In this document: piece after piece, positions 40,600 through 52,667 of the stretch
Layout: every line of letters begins with the position of its first letter
How positions within the stretch are numbered: position 1 is the stretch's first letter
Assembly (NCBI GenBank): GCA_050084985.1
Contig: JBITNC010000002.1
Span: forward strand, 4,650,001 to 4,714,000
Direction: 5' to 3'
DNA length: 64,000 nt
From: Nageia nagi
Taxonomy: Eukaryota > Plantae > Pinophyta
Program-made: the position numbers and the translations under genes
The notes under the pieces: generated by a model
Told to the model about the DNA's origin: nothing
Database searches by the model: none
The model's input: the letters and a program-made list of their open reading frames with translations, nothing else

Positions 40600-43120
40600 T
40601 AAAAGGGGATTTAGCTGAAATTGGATCAAAATATGGAATAACAACAAATTCATAGTTCAATAAAACATATATTCAAGTAATGGGATTTAAAATTATAATA
40701 AGATAGCAAAATAAGATAACTTTATTGAATGATAACACGAATCACAGGTTGCTTCGAGGGGTCTTCCTCCTTACAACTCAAAGGAAAAATATTTATCCTA
40801 AATGTTATCTCTACTCCTCTTACATATGTTTAAATTATGCTATCCTAACCTTAATTGGTAGTTTATTACAAAATGATGATTCACCTTACAAAAATATGAT
40901 GGTTCACATTACAAGCCAATAGCTAGTTAACTACTACTAATAATTGGATATTAATATAAGGGATCCTCAAAGCTAAAATTGGGGAAGTAATTTTTGAATT
41001 TGATGAAGTACCTCCTAAGTTGTATCCTTTTTTGCTAAATTGTGCCATTGGATAAGAAATTCAAAATACAAAGCTGATGGGTGAATTGTTCTAAAAGTAC
41101 TTTAGGTTCTACCATTATGGAACCATCTTTTATGAATTCAAGAAAATATATTTGAATTGTTACCCAAGAACCTAATACCTTTTTGAGATAAGAAACATGG
41201 AATACTAGATGAAATTTTGAAGATTCAGGTAACTTTAACTTGTATATTGTAGAACTAATGCTTTAAATAATTTTGTTGAAGTCATAGGAAAACCATATCC
41301 TCTTCTTGAAATTCTTGTTTGATCCATTTTATTGACTTGTTGTTTCATGTGGTGTTGAGTTGTTTGCAAATTATTCTTAAGAAGGCATAGGATATCCCTT
41401 CGATTGGTTAATTTGGTGTCAATTGCTTAAAAAATGGTGCTATTAAGCTGTTATGGGTGATGCTTAATTGTACAATACTACATAGGGTGTCATCTTAATG
41501 ATATGAAGTATTATACCATCATTTTTTGAAAGGAATCCATTTAACCTAATGAACTAGTTAGGAAAAAGAAAAATAATGCAAATAAGTCTCTAGACACCTA
41601 TTAACAATTTTCTTCTATCTATCAATTTAAGGGTGATAGGTTGAACTCATATTGAGTTGATTTACTTAAATCTTGAAGAATTATTACCAAAAATAATTGG
41701 TAAAACAAGGGTTTGGATCACTTATTATGGTGGAATGTATACTATGGATCTTGAAAATATTATCAACAAAAATATGAGCCACATTGAAAACCTTGTATTG
41801 GTGAGCTGAGGAATAAAAATGTGTGTACTTGGATATTCAATCCAACATAACCATGTTGATATAGTTTCCATAAGATTGCATCAAAACATCAGTCCAAGTC
41901 TACATTGATATGGGAAGAGGCCGAAGTAATCTCAAAATGCCTATTGTCTCACCTTTTTGTCATTGATAAATATTACACTTTACAACAAAGTTCTTTATAT
42001 CCTATTTCATCCTAGCCTAATAAAAAAATAAACCAAAATGTCATCAAATAAAACCAAAATAAAATTTTTAAGGTACTAATAATTCATGCCTTCACATTTC
42101 ATGTACCAGTTTCTCAATTTCATTCTTCTGCAAACATAAATAGTGATGAGGCTGAATGTTCTATGATTGACTTCTAGGGAAAACCTTATATCATGATCTC
42201 GAGGGAAATTTGTAGGTAACCTTTTTGGTTATTCAAAAAATCCTTAAGAGCATCCAACATTATTGTAGTTATTCCAATTCACCCAATCATTTCTTGGTTG
42301 GTTGGAGTGAAAATAATTGTACACCATCCCTTTTCCTCCCTTTTGAAGAAGCTTCTCCATATAGTGGGAACTAATTATCTATGAAGGGTCTAAGTGTAGT
42401 CCCTTGAGGGTATAATTTTATCTATAAACTATGAATTTTATCCATAATCCAACAACATCCTATAATATAAATCCTAATGTTTGCAACCATTGATCTCTAA
42501 TGATCACATCACAATCTTCCAATGGATGAGCATACATGCCACTCTTCAAATTATAATTACCCATGGTTAGTTTAATATTGTGAAATTTCCCTTTATAATA
42601 AATCTTGCCTCCATTTCCAATCATCACTTCAAAACTATTTTGAGGTTGTATATAACAATTGGCCCATTTTGCCATCCTCAAGTCAATGAAATTATGTATA
42701 CTACTTGAATTAATAAGCATAATGAGATTTTGTTGCTTGAATTATCCTCAACATTTCATAGTTTACGTAGAAGAAATATTGAAAGGGAACTAAAATAAAT
42801 TTTTGAAGTATCTTTATTGCATTTATCAAGTTCATTCACTACTTCATCACGACCTCATCCTCTTCAATTAATGAGATATTATAAACATTTGTATTCAACA
42901 AATATAACTTATGTGTTATGTATTGACCATTTGGCCCATATTTTTCATCATTATTATAATAGAGACCCTTCTTCCTTCGATCCTTCATTTCCTCTAGATT
43001 GAGTCTCTTCCATCGTGGTGTTAGGATTCAATATATTCACTTCCAATCTAATGTATTCCTTCAACCCACTAATGAAGCAACTCTTGAAAAAGGATCAATC
43101 TAACCCATCATGATTGTATC
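40600..43120 (-). mobile_element. Degenerate chromovirus-type gypsy (gag end, protease, integrase) with RT/RNase H mostly deleted
   Basis: Protease LINSSSIHNFID (cf. LIDSGSTHNFI) ...DVIIRDQWLQTLG in ORF 42460-42720. Integrase motifs LLRPLPIS, FKIHSIHSTIISDP, SSTYHP at ~41600-41950. HLVFHVSYLKK at ~41185-41215. Only ~150 bp separate the RT start (P.RY) from the integrase. Confidence 0.8.
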
Positions 43121-43201
43121 AATGATTGTCAATACTTATCAATTTATTAAAAAATAAATAAAATAAAATAATCATAGAAGTAAAAAATAAGTACAAACCT
43201 G

Positions 43202-43428
43202 ACCTTAATAGTATACCAAGGGAGATATCATTTATAGGGACCCAATGGGAATGTTGGTATTTTACGGTGGTGCTTATAATCAACTTGACCTTGCCGATAT
43301 AACAAGGGAAGTGTCATTCATAGGATGCTAATGGTAATATTGGTGTTTTATGGTGGCACTTCTAATCAACTTAGCCTTTGTGATATACCAAGGGAGGTTT
43401 CAGTATTAGGGTGCTAATGGGAATGTTA
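43202..43428 (+). repeat. ~86 bp tandem repeat (about 2.6 copies) in a gypsy 3' UTR
   Basis: Units ACCTT...TATA(C/A)CAAGGGA...AATGG.AAT.TTGGT.TTT..GGTGG..CTT.TAATCAACTT start at ~43202, ~43288 and ~43374. Confidence 0.85.
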
Positions 43429-44075
43429 TTATTCTTTGTTGAGACTTCTAATCTTATAATCATAAGAATCTAGAATCACTAGAATCCATAATAAGTACCA
43501 AGAATCACATATCATGCTTTGATATCTACTTAACATAGTGATTTTGGGCAAAAAATAATCAATAAAAGGACCATCGTAGATCCTCCACAGGTTGTCATCG
43601 ATCTTCTTTCCATACATAATCATGGTCCTATTTTGGGGAGCATCTTTCTTGGGGTCTCATGAGATCATTTTCATCTTCTAACATATGTTTATTTTGATAT
43701 AATAAATCAAAAGAATTAAGTACTATCAGTTAAGTTATAACTTGTGTTCATCATTTAAGGCTATCATATTTTGCACAAAATTAAGGACATAATCATCTAT
43801 GATCTTCATTGGTAGATGCTTGTATTCCACATAATCAAACAAAAACACTTAAGAGCATTTCCATCCATTATATTTTGGATAGATGGTTATGTTTTCTAAG
43901 AGGTTTTTATTTTGCATGTTTCCACCTTGAATCATTTTTTCTTTCTTGTCAAAAAGGGTACATGGAGTGAATGATCATCATCAAGTGAAATCAATAAAAA
44001 ATTTAAGGAAATTTTATTTCTCTTACTTTGGAATGTGTAATTTCCAAATACTTGTTTTTTTCCAATTATACTTCC

Positions 44076-44822
44076 AAAGTGGGGCAAATGTGGTTATATA
44101 AATTTAATTTATAATTCTTAAATATTTACTATCATAATATTTCATATTATTTTATTATTACTGATATTAGTTCATTATAATCTATAATAATAAACTAAAG
44201 TGTATCTTATTTTGTAGTTGATGCATGACCCAATGTGTAGGCATTGACTCAAGGAGTGGATTATTGCATGAAGTCCCCTATAAAACCCTAATAAACATAA
44301 GTCCACTATTAAGACAAATTGGGAAATGAATTATGAGCTTGATATTGGCATATTCCCCTTTAAGTATTCTTCAACACCATCTTATCAAGATTATAATTTG
44401 GATACTCTATCTATCTTATATGAGCTATTATATTATTATTGTACGCATTTATAAAATCAAAGTAGGGAAAAAAAGTATTGACATCAATCATGACACCTGG
44501 TTTCTCTAAAATAGGATTGTCAATGCCAGTTGAGGACATACGATGACTAATTGAGGACTGATAATGATCCCTTTCTAGTAGGTATATAAGTTGTGATTTC
44601 TATTATATCTTTGTCTAAGCATTATTTTCTCATATCTTGCTTCCTTTCATCCATAATAGGAAGTATGATAGGTAAATTTCTAAATTTATATCTTAATAGG
44701 CACTATTTTATTATTTGTTGAATATCATTTATTTTTGATATCATTTATCTTTAGTCATTTCGATCTAAGTAGAAATTGGGATTATTTATTATTATTATTA
44801 TTTATATTTTTTCCATCCTACA
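44076..44822 (+). mobile_element. Tat/Ogre-like PPT and probable 3' LTR (44089-44822)
   Basis: AAAGTGGGGCAAA followed by TGTGG (same PPT as at 9197). Candidate end ...CATCCTACA at 44822. Confidence 0.55.
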
Positions 44823-47800
44823 CCATGATATGATTTTTAAACACTAGGACAATGTTACTTTTATTGAGGGAGAGTATCACAATCCATTTATGTCAAATCT
44901 TGATTAATGATTAGTTTAACATAAATTATGACTAATGATTTTATTTAAGCCCTTTAAATAGACAAGACTTAATGTTGATATTATACAATATTTTACCTAT
45001 TACTATATGAATTGATAGAACTTAATTACATTAAGATAACTATGTATTTGAATTAGTATATCAACGATGCTTGATGAGAATGGTCATGTGTAATGAGTTC
45101 AGCCTATGATCAAGTATTGATAATACTTTTGGAATGTAAGTGGAGCTTAAGCCAATTGAGAAGTAAGTAATCACTCTTTGATGAACACTAGGTTATGTAT
45201 AAATAAATTAAATGGCCATGATATCAATTTCTAAGGAAATATTAAGTACCATGATAAGCTCATTTAATAAATGGAAGCTCCATGCTAATCATATTAATAG
45301 ATAGGAAAATGGATTATAAGTAGTATTAGTATAATTAGTGTACCATCATAAAGTTTGTAATGGTTGCATTTAAATTTTTATAAGCTATTTACGCTAAGCA
45401 GGCTATAAGGAAGGGATTGAATGCAAATAAATAATGTTTATTACCTTGTAATAATGCTAACCAAGGGACAAGACTTGGTTTGTATACTTTAATACATGGT
45501 CAAAGAAAATAGGTGGCTAATTCAAATATCAATTTGGTAATATTGAATTTGGAAAATGCCAAGTCATCCTTTCTATTCAATTAAAATATTTTGCATTTAT
45601 TACACCATAGGCATCTCTTTGGCATTGTGAGATGAAAAATAAAGATCTATGGTTATTATGGTTGGCCTATGGTTGAAACAAATTAACCTATTGATTTCAC
45701 TCAATTGATCAAATTTTCTTAATATTTTTAATGCTTTCAATCCTATCAATCAATTAACTCCATGTCAATAAAATTCCCTCAGATGAAAATTCAAGCAGGT
45801 TTATTGGAAAAGGTTGGCAATGCAAGAGAAGGCCTTAATAGTTATCGAGAATGGCCAGATCTATGCACCACTTGAATCCTACAGCTATATTATCAGCTAG
45901 TAGATAGAATCTTAGTTAGTCAACATATTCCCCCTTTCTACATACCATTAGAACGTCATGGTCAAGAGACTCAACATCGAGTCCAACAGGAACTTCCAAT
46001 CATACTACTAGTCACCATGGTCATCTCAGTAAGAGATTGACTTAGTCGCCATGTAAAACAATTGCCAGATACCTAGTTTTTGTGACCCTTAGGAACTCTA
46101 TATCATTGATAACTAGTGCACCTACCTGTGCTTAAGTTACGAACACCAAAGTTATTTATCAAGTAGGGATTATTCTACCAACTTTTATGTGCGAAAGGAT
46201 TACAATGTGGCCCTGAATACCGAGGATCAATGTATCATTCAATTGATGAACTTGTTAGCACAAATGATAAAAAAATCAATTACTTTTCTACGATATATCC
46301 ATTGCACTTGATTGCAATAGCTAGTTTTAAATAGGGTAAGTAGAATATTATTTATAATAATTATTACTTAAAAGAGTCCAAGGAATGTTATTAGATGAGA
46401 AAATGACATCATGATTGGTTGATTATTTCAAAAGGTAATTAAATGTGTTTATATTTTTAAGGCATGAATATATAAGATATTTAATGGTGAGCATGGAATT
46501 GTGCACAACTCATTTTGGGATATGGAATGGTTTTGGAAATTGTGCCAAGCCACCAATCTCTCCAACCACTTTTTGAATGACTAAAAAGCCATAATTAAAG
46601 TTTAGTTAAAAAGGGGAATGATGTTTTAGCTTTAAATAGAGTTTAGTAGGGAGAATTTGTATGTCCCACTCCATGAGATTTATAAGGAATGATATTAATT
46701 TACTTTAATAATTGCATTTAATAAAGAATAATTATATGTGTTGAAATTTGTAAGGAACAATTGAATGATTTCAGATTATGTTGGAATTTTATGCATCCGC
46801 ACCCTTTTCAAGGTCCTTCAAAGATGCTATTGGTAGCAATCAAGGTGGTGTTAGTCCCTTTAAGGATTTGGATGACTAAATACTTGAGCTTGGAGGTATT
46901 AATGTAGGTAGTTTTTATGTAAGGAAAGGAGGAGAGGAAGAATGGTGGTTAATGGACTTAGATGCCATGATTTCCTTTGATTTTTGTTGTAGGTAGTAAA
47001 TGAAAAAGGGGGATAAGAGTAGAGTTTTGAATTCTATTATAGATGTTGTTACTCATTTTGTTATTATAATTTGTCTTCTCCATTTATAATGGGAAAGAGA
47101 GAAATAAAGGGGAAAACACCTGTCTATGTTGAGATATCTTTATGACCATTGTAGAAGCAAGGGGACACAAAATATAAGGAGATAGAGGTGCACCCTAATA
47201 TTTGGTGAAAAGAGGTATTTTGCTATACAAAATGCTTCTCCATGATTCACATATTGAGAAATCTTTTGGTGATGCATGCATGTAGTTTTGGTGATCCATA
47301 TGGTATATTACATGGAGAGTTGTTCATAGATTTGCATAGATTCTAATTTGTTGTTTACTGTAGTTTCATGGGTCCTTTAGAAACCCACACTACATAATCT
47401 TTTTGGGTTTTGAGTTTGAGTTATAAGCGACCATGTTGTAAGTACATATTGAGATGTAGAAGTTGCATTTTGTGAGTTAATTGCATGCTTAGTTTTAGAG
47501 TATATTTGCATGAAAATAATTTATCATTTGTGAAGCAAAATCATGGGTTAAGGAAAAGTAGCTTGCATTTCATGGAAACTAGGGCTGCTTTGCCTCATGT
47601 TATGATAAGAGTTCAAGTTGGGTAGAATCATGATTACTATTAAATGAGTTTGCATTTCTGCATTAAGTTGGAGTTTTCATAGTTTGTATATGGAATGAGA
47701 TTGCCTAATTAAAAACTTGAGACTATGATGATTATGTGTACATTCTTAATGCATTATTGCATAGTTTAGTGGATGCTCTCTATTTTTAGTAATTATTCTT

Positions 47801-49179
47801 GAATAGATTTATGTAGTTATTTGGGAAATGGTTGAGTAAAACCATTAGAAATCCATGTAATAATTATTGTTAAGTAGAGAATCTTAAACTAAAAAGAATG
47901 TAATAGTAGGGGATAAAATACCATATGGGTAACTGTAAAAGGGGCAGGTGCTTCCAGGGCTATTAAAAATACACATTTCCTTATTTTAACTAATAAGTTA
48001 TTTGATGATGCAGGATGGGTGGTTTTTTCCCCTAATGGATGTTACCCTTGAGCCAAGGGGTTTTACCACTTAAATATAGTGCCAAGTGTGTGAATATTTG
48101 GTGGAGATGTTTGTTACGAGATTTATTCTAAAAAATAGTTAAACGTAAATGACTTAACTATGAATTGATGTTTATAATAAGCTTGATGAAGTATATTAAT
48201 ATGATGATTACTTGAGATAGTCAAGTTGAGTAATCCCTTTAAAAGATTAGCAAATATTTAGAATATCTTCATACTAAATCTATTACAAGAGATAATAACA
48301 TGATAAAAAAATGGTAAATGAATTTGTTACCAAGTTGAGTAAAACTCTTAAAGGAGTTAATGAATAAGCTAAATAAATTATTTAAAGGACTTAAGGATAG
48401 TTTAATAATATCATGATAAGTCCAAAAGTAATTATCTACAATAAAGAATTGAAGAAATTAACTAAGATTGGAAAGACTCTTATTAGATAAGTCGTTATTA
48501 TAGTTTGACAAACCTAATCAATTAGATTTAATGATTGTTATATCATTTTGTTAACTAGGAGTTGAGTATAGTAAAAAGAACTAAACTTACCTATAAAAGG
48601 TATAGTAGTAAAAATAGAGTTTTAGTTAAGCATGATCTAATGTTGAGTTCAATTAAGAACCTCACTAGCTATTTTTTCTTAAGATCTATATCTCATTTAA
48701 AAAATATTAACTTAATGTGAACCTTAACTAAAGAGTCTAAGGGATTAAACAAAAAATGTTTGTTTAGATGGGCTCAATGATTAGTTCATACTTAAAAGAT
48801 GACATATTAATGAATGATAAAGGCATTTAATACTTAATTTGTGTATAAAAAAATTATTCATGAGTTTGTTTTGGGGTGTGATAATCAACTGTAATAACAT
48901 TCACATGGTAAATCAAAATTGTTCCATATTTTATATAATTTTGAATGATATCTAAATATTATACTTTTTAGTGAAATATCTTATAATTACCTTTAATATG
49001 TAAGCTAACTTGAAAAAAAATTCTAGCATAATTTGCTTACAATATCCTACTAAATATTAGACTCCACTACATTACAATAAATCCAAGATATTACCCTCTT
49101 CTTTTCGTACAACTATGATAAGCATACCATACAAAGAAGATATAAATTAAATAAAAAACTTAATTGATATCATACCACT

Positions 49180-49323
49180 TATAGTAAAACTAAAGCAAAG
49201 TCAATATTTAATGTCCTTTAAACCTATTGGTTTGTAGGACCTATCAAGAGTTTTGAAGTATCATGATCAAAATACCTTCAATGTGTAGGTTCCTTCACAT
49301 CTCATTTTTCCCATTACTCTCCT
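49180..49323 (-). mobile_element. SINE-like element, internally deleted copy
   Basis: Reverse complement aligns to 49721-49882 (head ..AAATGAG.TGTGAAGG.ACC.ACA..; tail TAGGTTTAAAGGA..TTAAA.ATTGACTTT.CTTTA) but lacks the B-box segment. Confidence 0.6.
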
Positions 49324-49720
49324 GACAAGTGATGATAGATACACTATGTCTAAAGATATGTAAAATCTAAGATAGAAGTATGTAAGTTAATATCTACATA
49401 TTACAAATAATTATATATATAATATTTTAATTAATATAATACTTTGTATAAAAGTAATTCTTTATCATAGTTATTTATAAGGGGTTGTAATTTTTGTAAC
49501 AATAATTATTAAAAGTTAATTTGATATTAATAACATCAAAGATGTTTTTGTTTCCTATTCAAAAATTGAAAAATACATATGATTGAATTGACCATTTAAC
49601 CTTAATAAGCTACTTTATCGATCGAATTCCTTCTATACTAATTTGGATGCTTGAGCTTTTCACTTGATTAAATTAAAAGTTATATAACATTTGATTGAAG
49701 GTTTTTTTTGCTTCTTTCTA

Positions 49721-49882
49721 AGGGAGTTGGTAGACAAATGAGGTGTGAAGGCACCCACATTTAAGGTCTCAAGTTCAACTCCCAACCCTTATATTGGTGA
49801 TATTTAAAAACTTTTGACAAGTCTTACAAATCGATAGGTTTAAAGGATGTTAAACATTGACTTTACTTTATTATTATTATTA
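49721..49882 (+). mobile_element. Putative tRNA-derived SINE
   Basis: A-box-like TGGTAGACAAATGA, B-box-like AGTTCAACTCC (49772-49782), ~160 bp length, (TTA)n tail, and an inverted second copy ~400 bp upstream. Confidence 0.6.
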
Positions 49883-50764
49883 ACCAAGCTCCTTGGTATA
49901 CCCATAGTCTACTAATGGATAAATTATTTTGTTATTTTTTACTATTATGCTTTAAAAACTTTAATTTAGATAGAATTCCTTAGTTTACCATTACATTTAT
50001 GACCATTTATGGAGTATCTAGGTAAGCTTTTCATTTTTTATTGAATTACTTAAAATAACCACATGTAGCTTGGTGCATCTTGCATCAAAGCTTACCCCTT
50101 TGAATTAGGTTGCACTATTTTGAAATTTCAAATCCTTATCATCCTTTTTATAACAAGGAGAAAATTTATTTATTTATTTACTTTGAAATCGTGTTAATGC
50201 ACAAAATGCTTCGTTATAGATTTATAAATACTTTAAGCTATTTTATCTATAACTTCTTAAATAGCAATAAACTCTTCTTAGAGATGACAATAGAATGCCT
50301 CTTTAGCTCACTAATGTTTGGCATGCATTTTGAGTGACCATCCTTTTCAAGATTTGAAATTTTTTAAACCATTACCTTATTATGGATGGTAGCGCTAATA
50401 TTTATTTCATATCTTCCAATAAAGTACTACTATTGTAAAGATGATTCTACAAATATCATTGCAAGCAAGACTATACACTTGAAAGAATTTATTAAGCATT
50501 GAAGGAATATCTGTTTCTTACCATACTATGTAAAATTAGATGAAAATCATAGCCTAACATAAGAAAAGATTATTTACTTAAAATATTTAGATGAATATTA
50601 TGGATTATTAATTTCCCCTTTTTAAATGCTATTTTACTGATAATGAAATTCATGGTAGATTCTTTCATATTCATGTCGAAAGCATTTGAAGTATCTCACT
50701 CATAATTATAGGAACACCATTGAACATAAAAGAAATACGATTATAATATTAAAATTTGATACTT

Positions 50765-50848
50765 GTATTAAATATTTTTAAACTTTTAAAACATTTTTTA
50801 TGATCAGTATTAAATATTTTTAAACTTTTAAAACATTTTTTACGATCA
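50765..50848 (+). repeat. 42 bp tandem duplication upstream of the YLMG gene
   Basis: GTATTAAATATTTTTAAACTTTTAAAACATTTTTTA(T/C)GATCA x2 with one mismatch. Confidence 0.9.
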
Positions 50849-51039
50849 ATTTTTTTAAACCGTCAAAAACATAAAAGATACATATTTTTTATTATCATCA
50901 AAAATACATAAATAATAATAAAAAAATTATAAATTTATTATTATTATTAAATATTTATCTATGATATTGATATTAATATATAAATATATTTGGATGAACA
51001 TAAAAAGTTTGAAGTGTATACTGATAGGCATTACAGTAT

Positions 51040-51600
51040 TGAAACCGTCATAAAAAATTTGTGGACGGAGCGCGATTGAGCGGAGATAATTTACTCGCGG
51101 ATTCGAACCTTGGCATCCGCGGAAGATGGCGGCCACACCTCTGCAACAATTTCAAATTCAGACAACTACTATACAGGTACACAGTACGAGAAATCTAGTT
51201 CCCTTATCTTTGCCAATTCGAAATCTCTCCGTTTCAGCAATACCCACAACCTTTTTTTCTGGTCTCGGCTTAAAATTAAAAAACCCTAAAACCGTAACCC
51301 TAACCTCGAAGTTCAAACCTAGAATTTTATCATGCCGGGCTTGCTCAAAACCAAGCCAGGTAACCTCTCGTTCCAACAAAATTTTGGCGCTGGCCGTTTT
51401 ATCCGGAGTCAACGTTGTGGCGATTAGAACCGTGGCAGAAAAGTTTTTGCAAACCCTAATTGCAAACCCTAGTTTTCGGCCTCCACTGGGGGTGGCTTCG
51501 CTTATTAGTAGTTCAAGCCCCCTGTTCTTTGCCGCTGCAAGCAGTAGCGCGCGCGTTGCTACACCTTACGACGTGATTGCTTCTGGCATGGCCAAATGGC
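51040..51600 (+). promoter_or_regulatory. CpG island covering the promoter and 5' end of the YLMG gene
   Basis: Dense CpG (GGACGGAGCGCGATTGAGCGG, CGCGG, GCGCGCGCG) in an otherwise CpG-depleted window. Confidence 0.75.
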
Positions 51601-51821
51601 TTCAGCTTTACAGTGGTGTTCTCATGATCAGAGTTATGCTCAGCTGGTTTCCTAACATCCAGTGGGAGCGACAGCCCATGTGTGCAATCAGGGATCTTTC
51701 GGATCCTTATTTGAATCTCTTTAGAAATGTTTTACCTCCTGTTATGGGAATTCTTGATATCAGTCCCATGTTGGCTTTTTTTGTTCTAGGGTTTTTCCAA
51801 GTTGTTTTAGGTCATCACTAA
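51126..51821 (+). CDS. YLMG1: Chloroplast YGGT/YlmG family protein (YLMG1-like), 231 aa, intronless
   Basis: Intact ORF with an S/T/K/R-rich transit-peptide-like N-terminus. The C-terminal YGGT domain KWLQLYSGVLMIRVMLSWFPNIQWERQPMCAIRDLSDPYLNLFRNVLPP..LDISPMLAF matches plant YLMG1. Confidence 0.93.
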   Translation: MAATPLQQFQIQTTTIQVHSTRNLVPLSLPIRNLSVSAIPTTFFSGLGLKLKNPKTVTLTSKFKPRILSCRACSKPSQVTSRSNKILALAVLSGVNVVAIRTVAEKFLQTLIANPSFRPPLGVASLISSSSPLFFAAASSSARVATPYDVIASGMAKWLQLYSGVLMIRVMLSWFPNIQWERQPMCAIRDLSDPYLNLFRNVLPPVMGILDISPMLAFFVLGFFQVVLGHH

Positions 51822-52211
51822 GGGACTCTTTTGTTCTAGGGTTTTTCGAAATGGGGTTTAGGTTATCATTAAGAGACTTCAGAAAAATATAGCTTAATTA
51901 CGACAAAAGGCAGTCGAGTTAATTATTGGTTGTGTATGATATTAGCATATGAGATGTTCATGTCAGTCAAAAAATTGAGTTGTTTCGAATGGGGCAATAC
52001 AAGCATATTGTTTTCTATTTTGTAATTCTCAAAAACAGCTTTAATTCATCCGTGCTAGTTCCGGTAATTTCTGTTTAGCAATGTGCAATTTATTTAAAAA
52101 AAACATTCAATTCAATCGATGGGACTATTGGTACAACATTGGGACAATGAAAGTTGATGAAGTATCCATTCAATCCAGTTAAGATTATCCATATGCAGTT
52201 AAGACAATGAA

Positions 52212-52667
52212 TGTTGAAATAAATTCAATTGAATTGCTGTAAATTATAAAATGTATGGGGCATATTAAATGTCAAAAATTAATAATGGAGCATGTGGTTG
52301 ATTGATGTATCTATAATTTAATGGAAGTATAGTGTTTGGAGTATGAAGTTAGATTATGATATGATTTAGCTTTGAGAAGCAGATAGAATGGGTATATTAG
52401 TATATTATGCACATAATTGAGTATTAGCATCTGTTAAATTGATGCATCTATGTATAATGCAATGAAGTGTGGGGTTCTAAGTATGAAAGTACAATGTTTG
52501 ATTAATTTGAGTATTGATTAAATGCTATTTTTGTTATATTGGTGTATATATCTTTGATAATATGCCATGTATAGAATTGAGTGTAGATAGTTGTCTTTTA
52601 ATGTACTTTTAAATCCATTGGTTTGAAGGATTTATCAAAGTTTGTTCAAAAGTAAATATATATCAAT
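52212..52667 (+). repeat. Dispersed repeat copy B (partial)
   Basis: Aligns with 35840-37335 (minus the CACTA). Its 3' ~280 bp (52387-52667) is repeated at 61572-61854. Confidence 0.9.

Noticed and set aside
43202-43428. CRISPR-like periodic repeats (also 56631-56760 and 3800-3880)
   Set aside because: These are whole-unit tandem repeats without unique spacers, in eukaryotic TE or intron context, with no cas genes.
44900-48883. Long LTR-like tract ending GGGGTGTGATA
   Set aside because: Probably retroelement-derived, but no matching start, PBS/PPT or coding motif could be fixed.
51060-51160. tRNA gene suggested by GGTTCGAATCC on the - strand
   Set aside because: The T-arm stem does not pair and no acceptor stem or D-arm can be formed.
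51158-51412. Antisense ORFs overlapping YLMG1 (also 50927-51136)
   Set aside because: Shadow frames of the real gene and its AT-rich promoter, with no recognisable homology.
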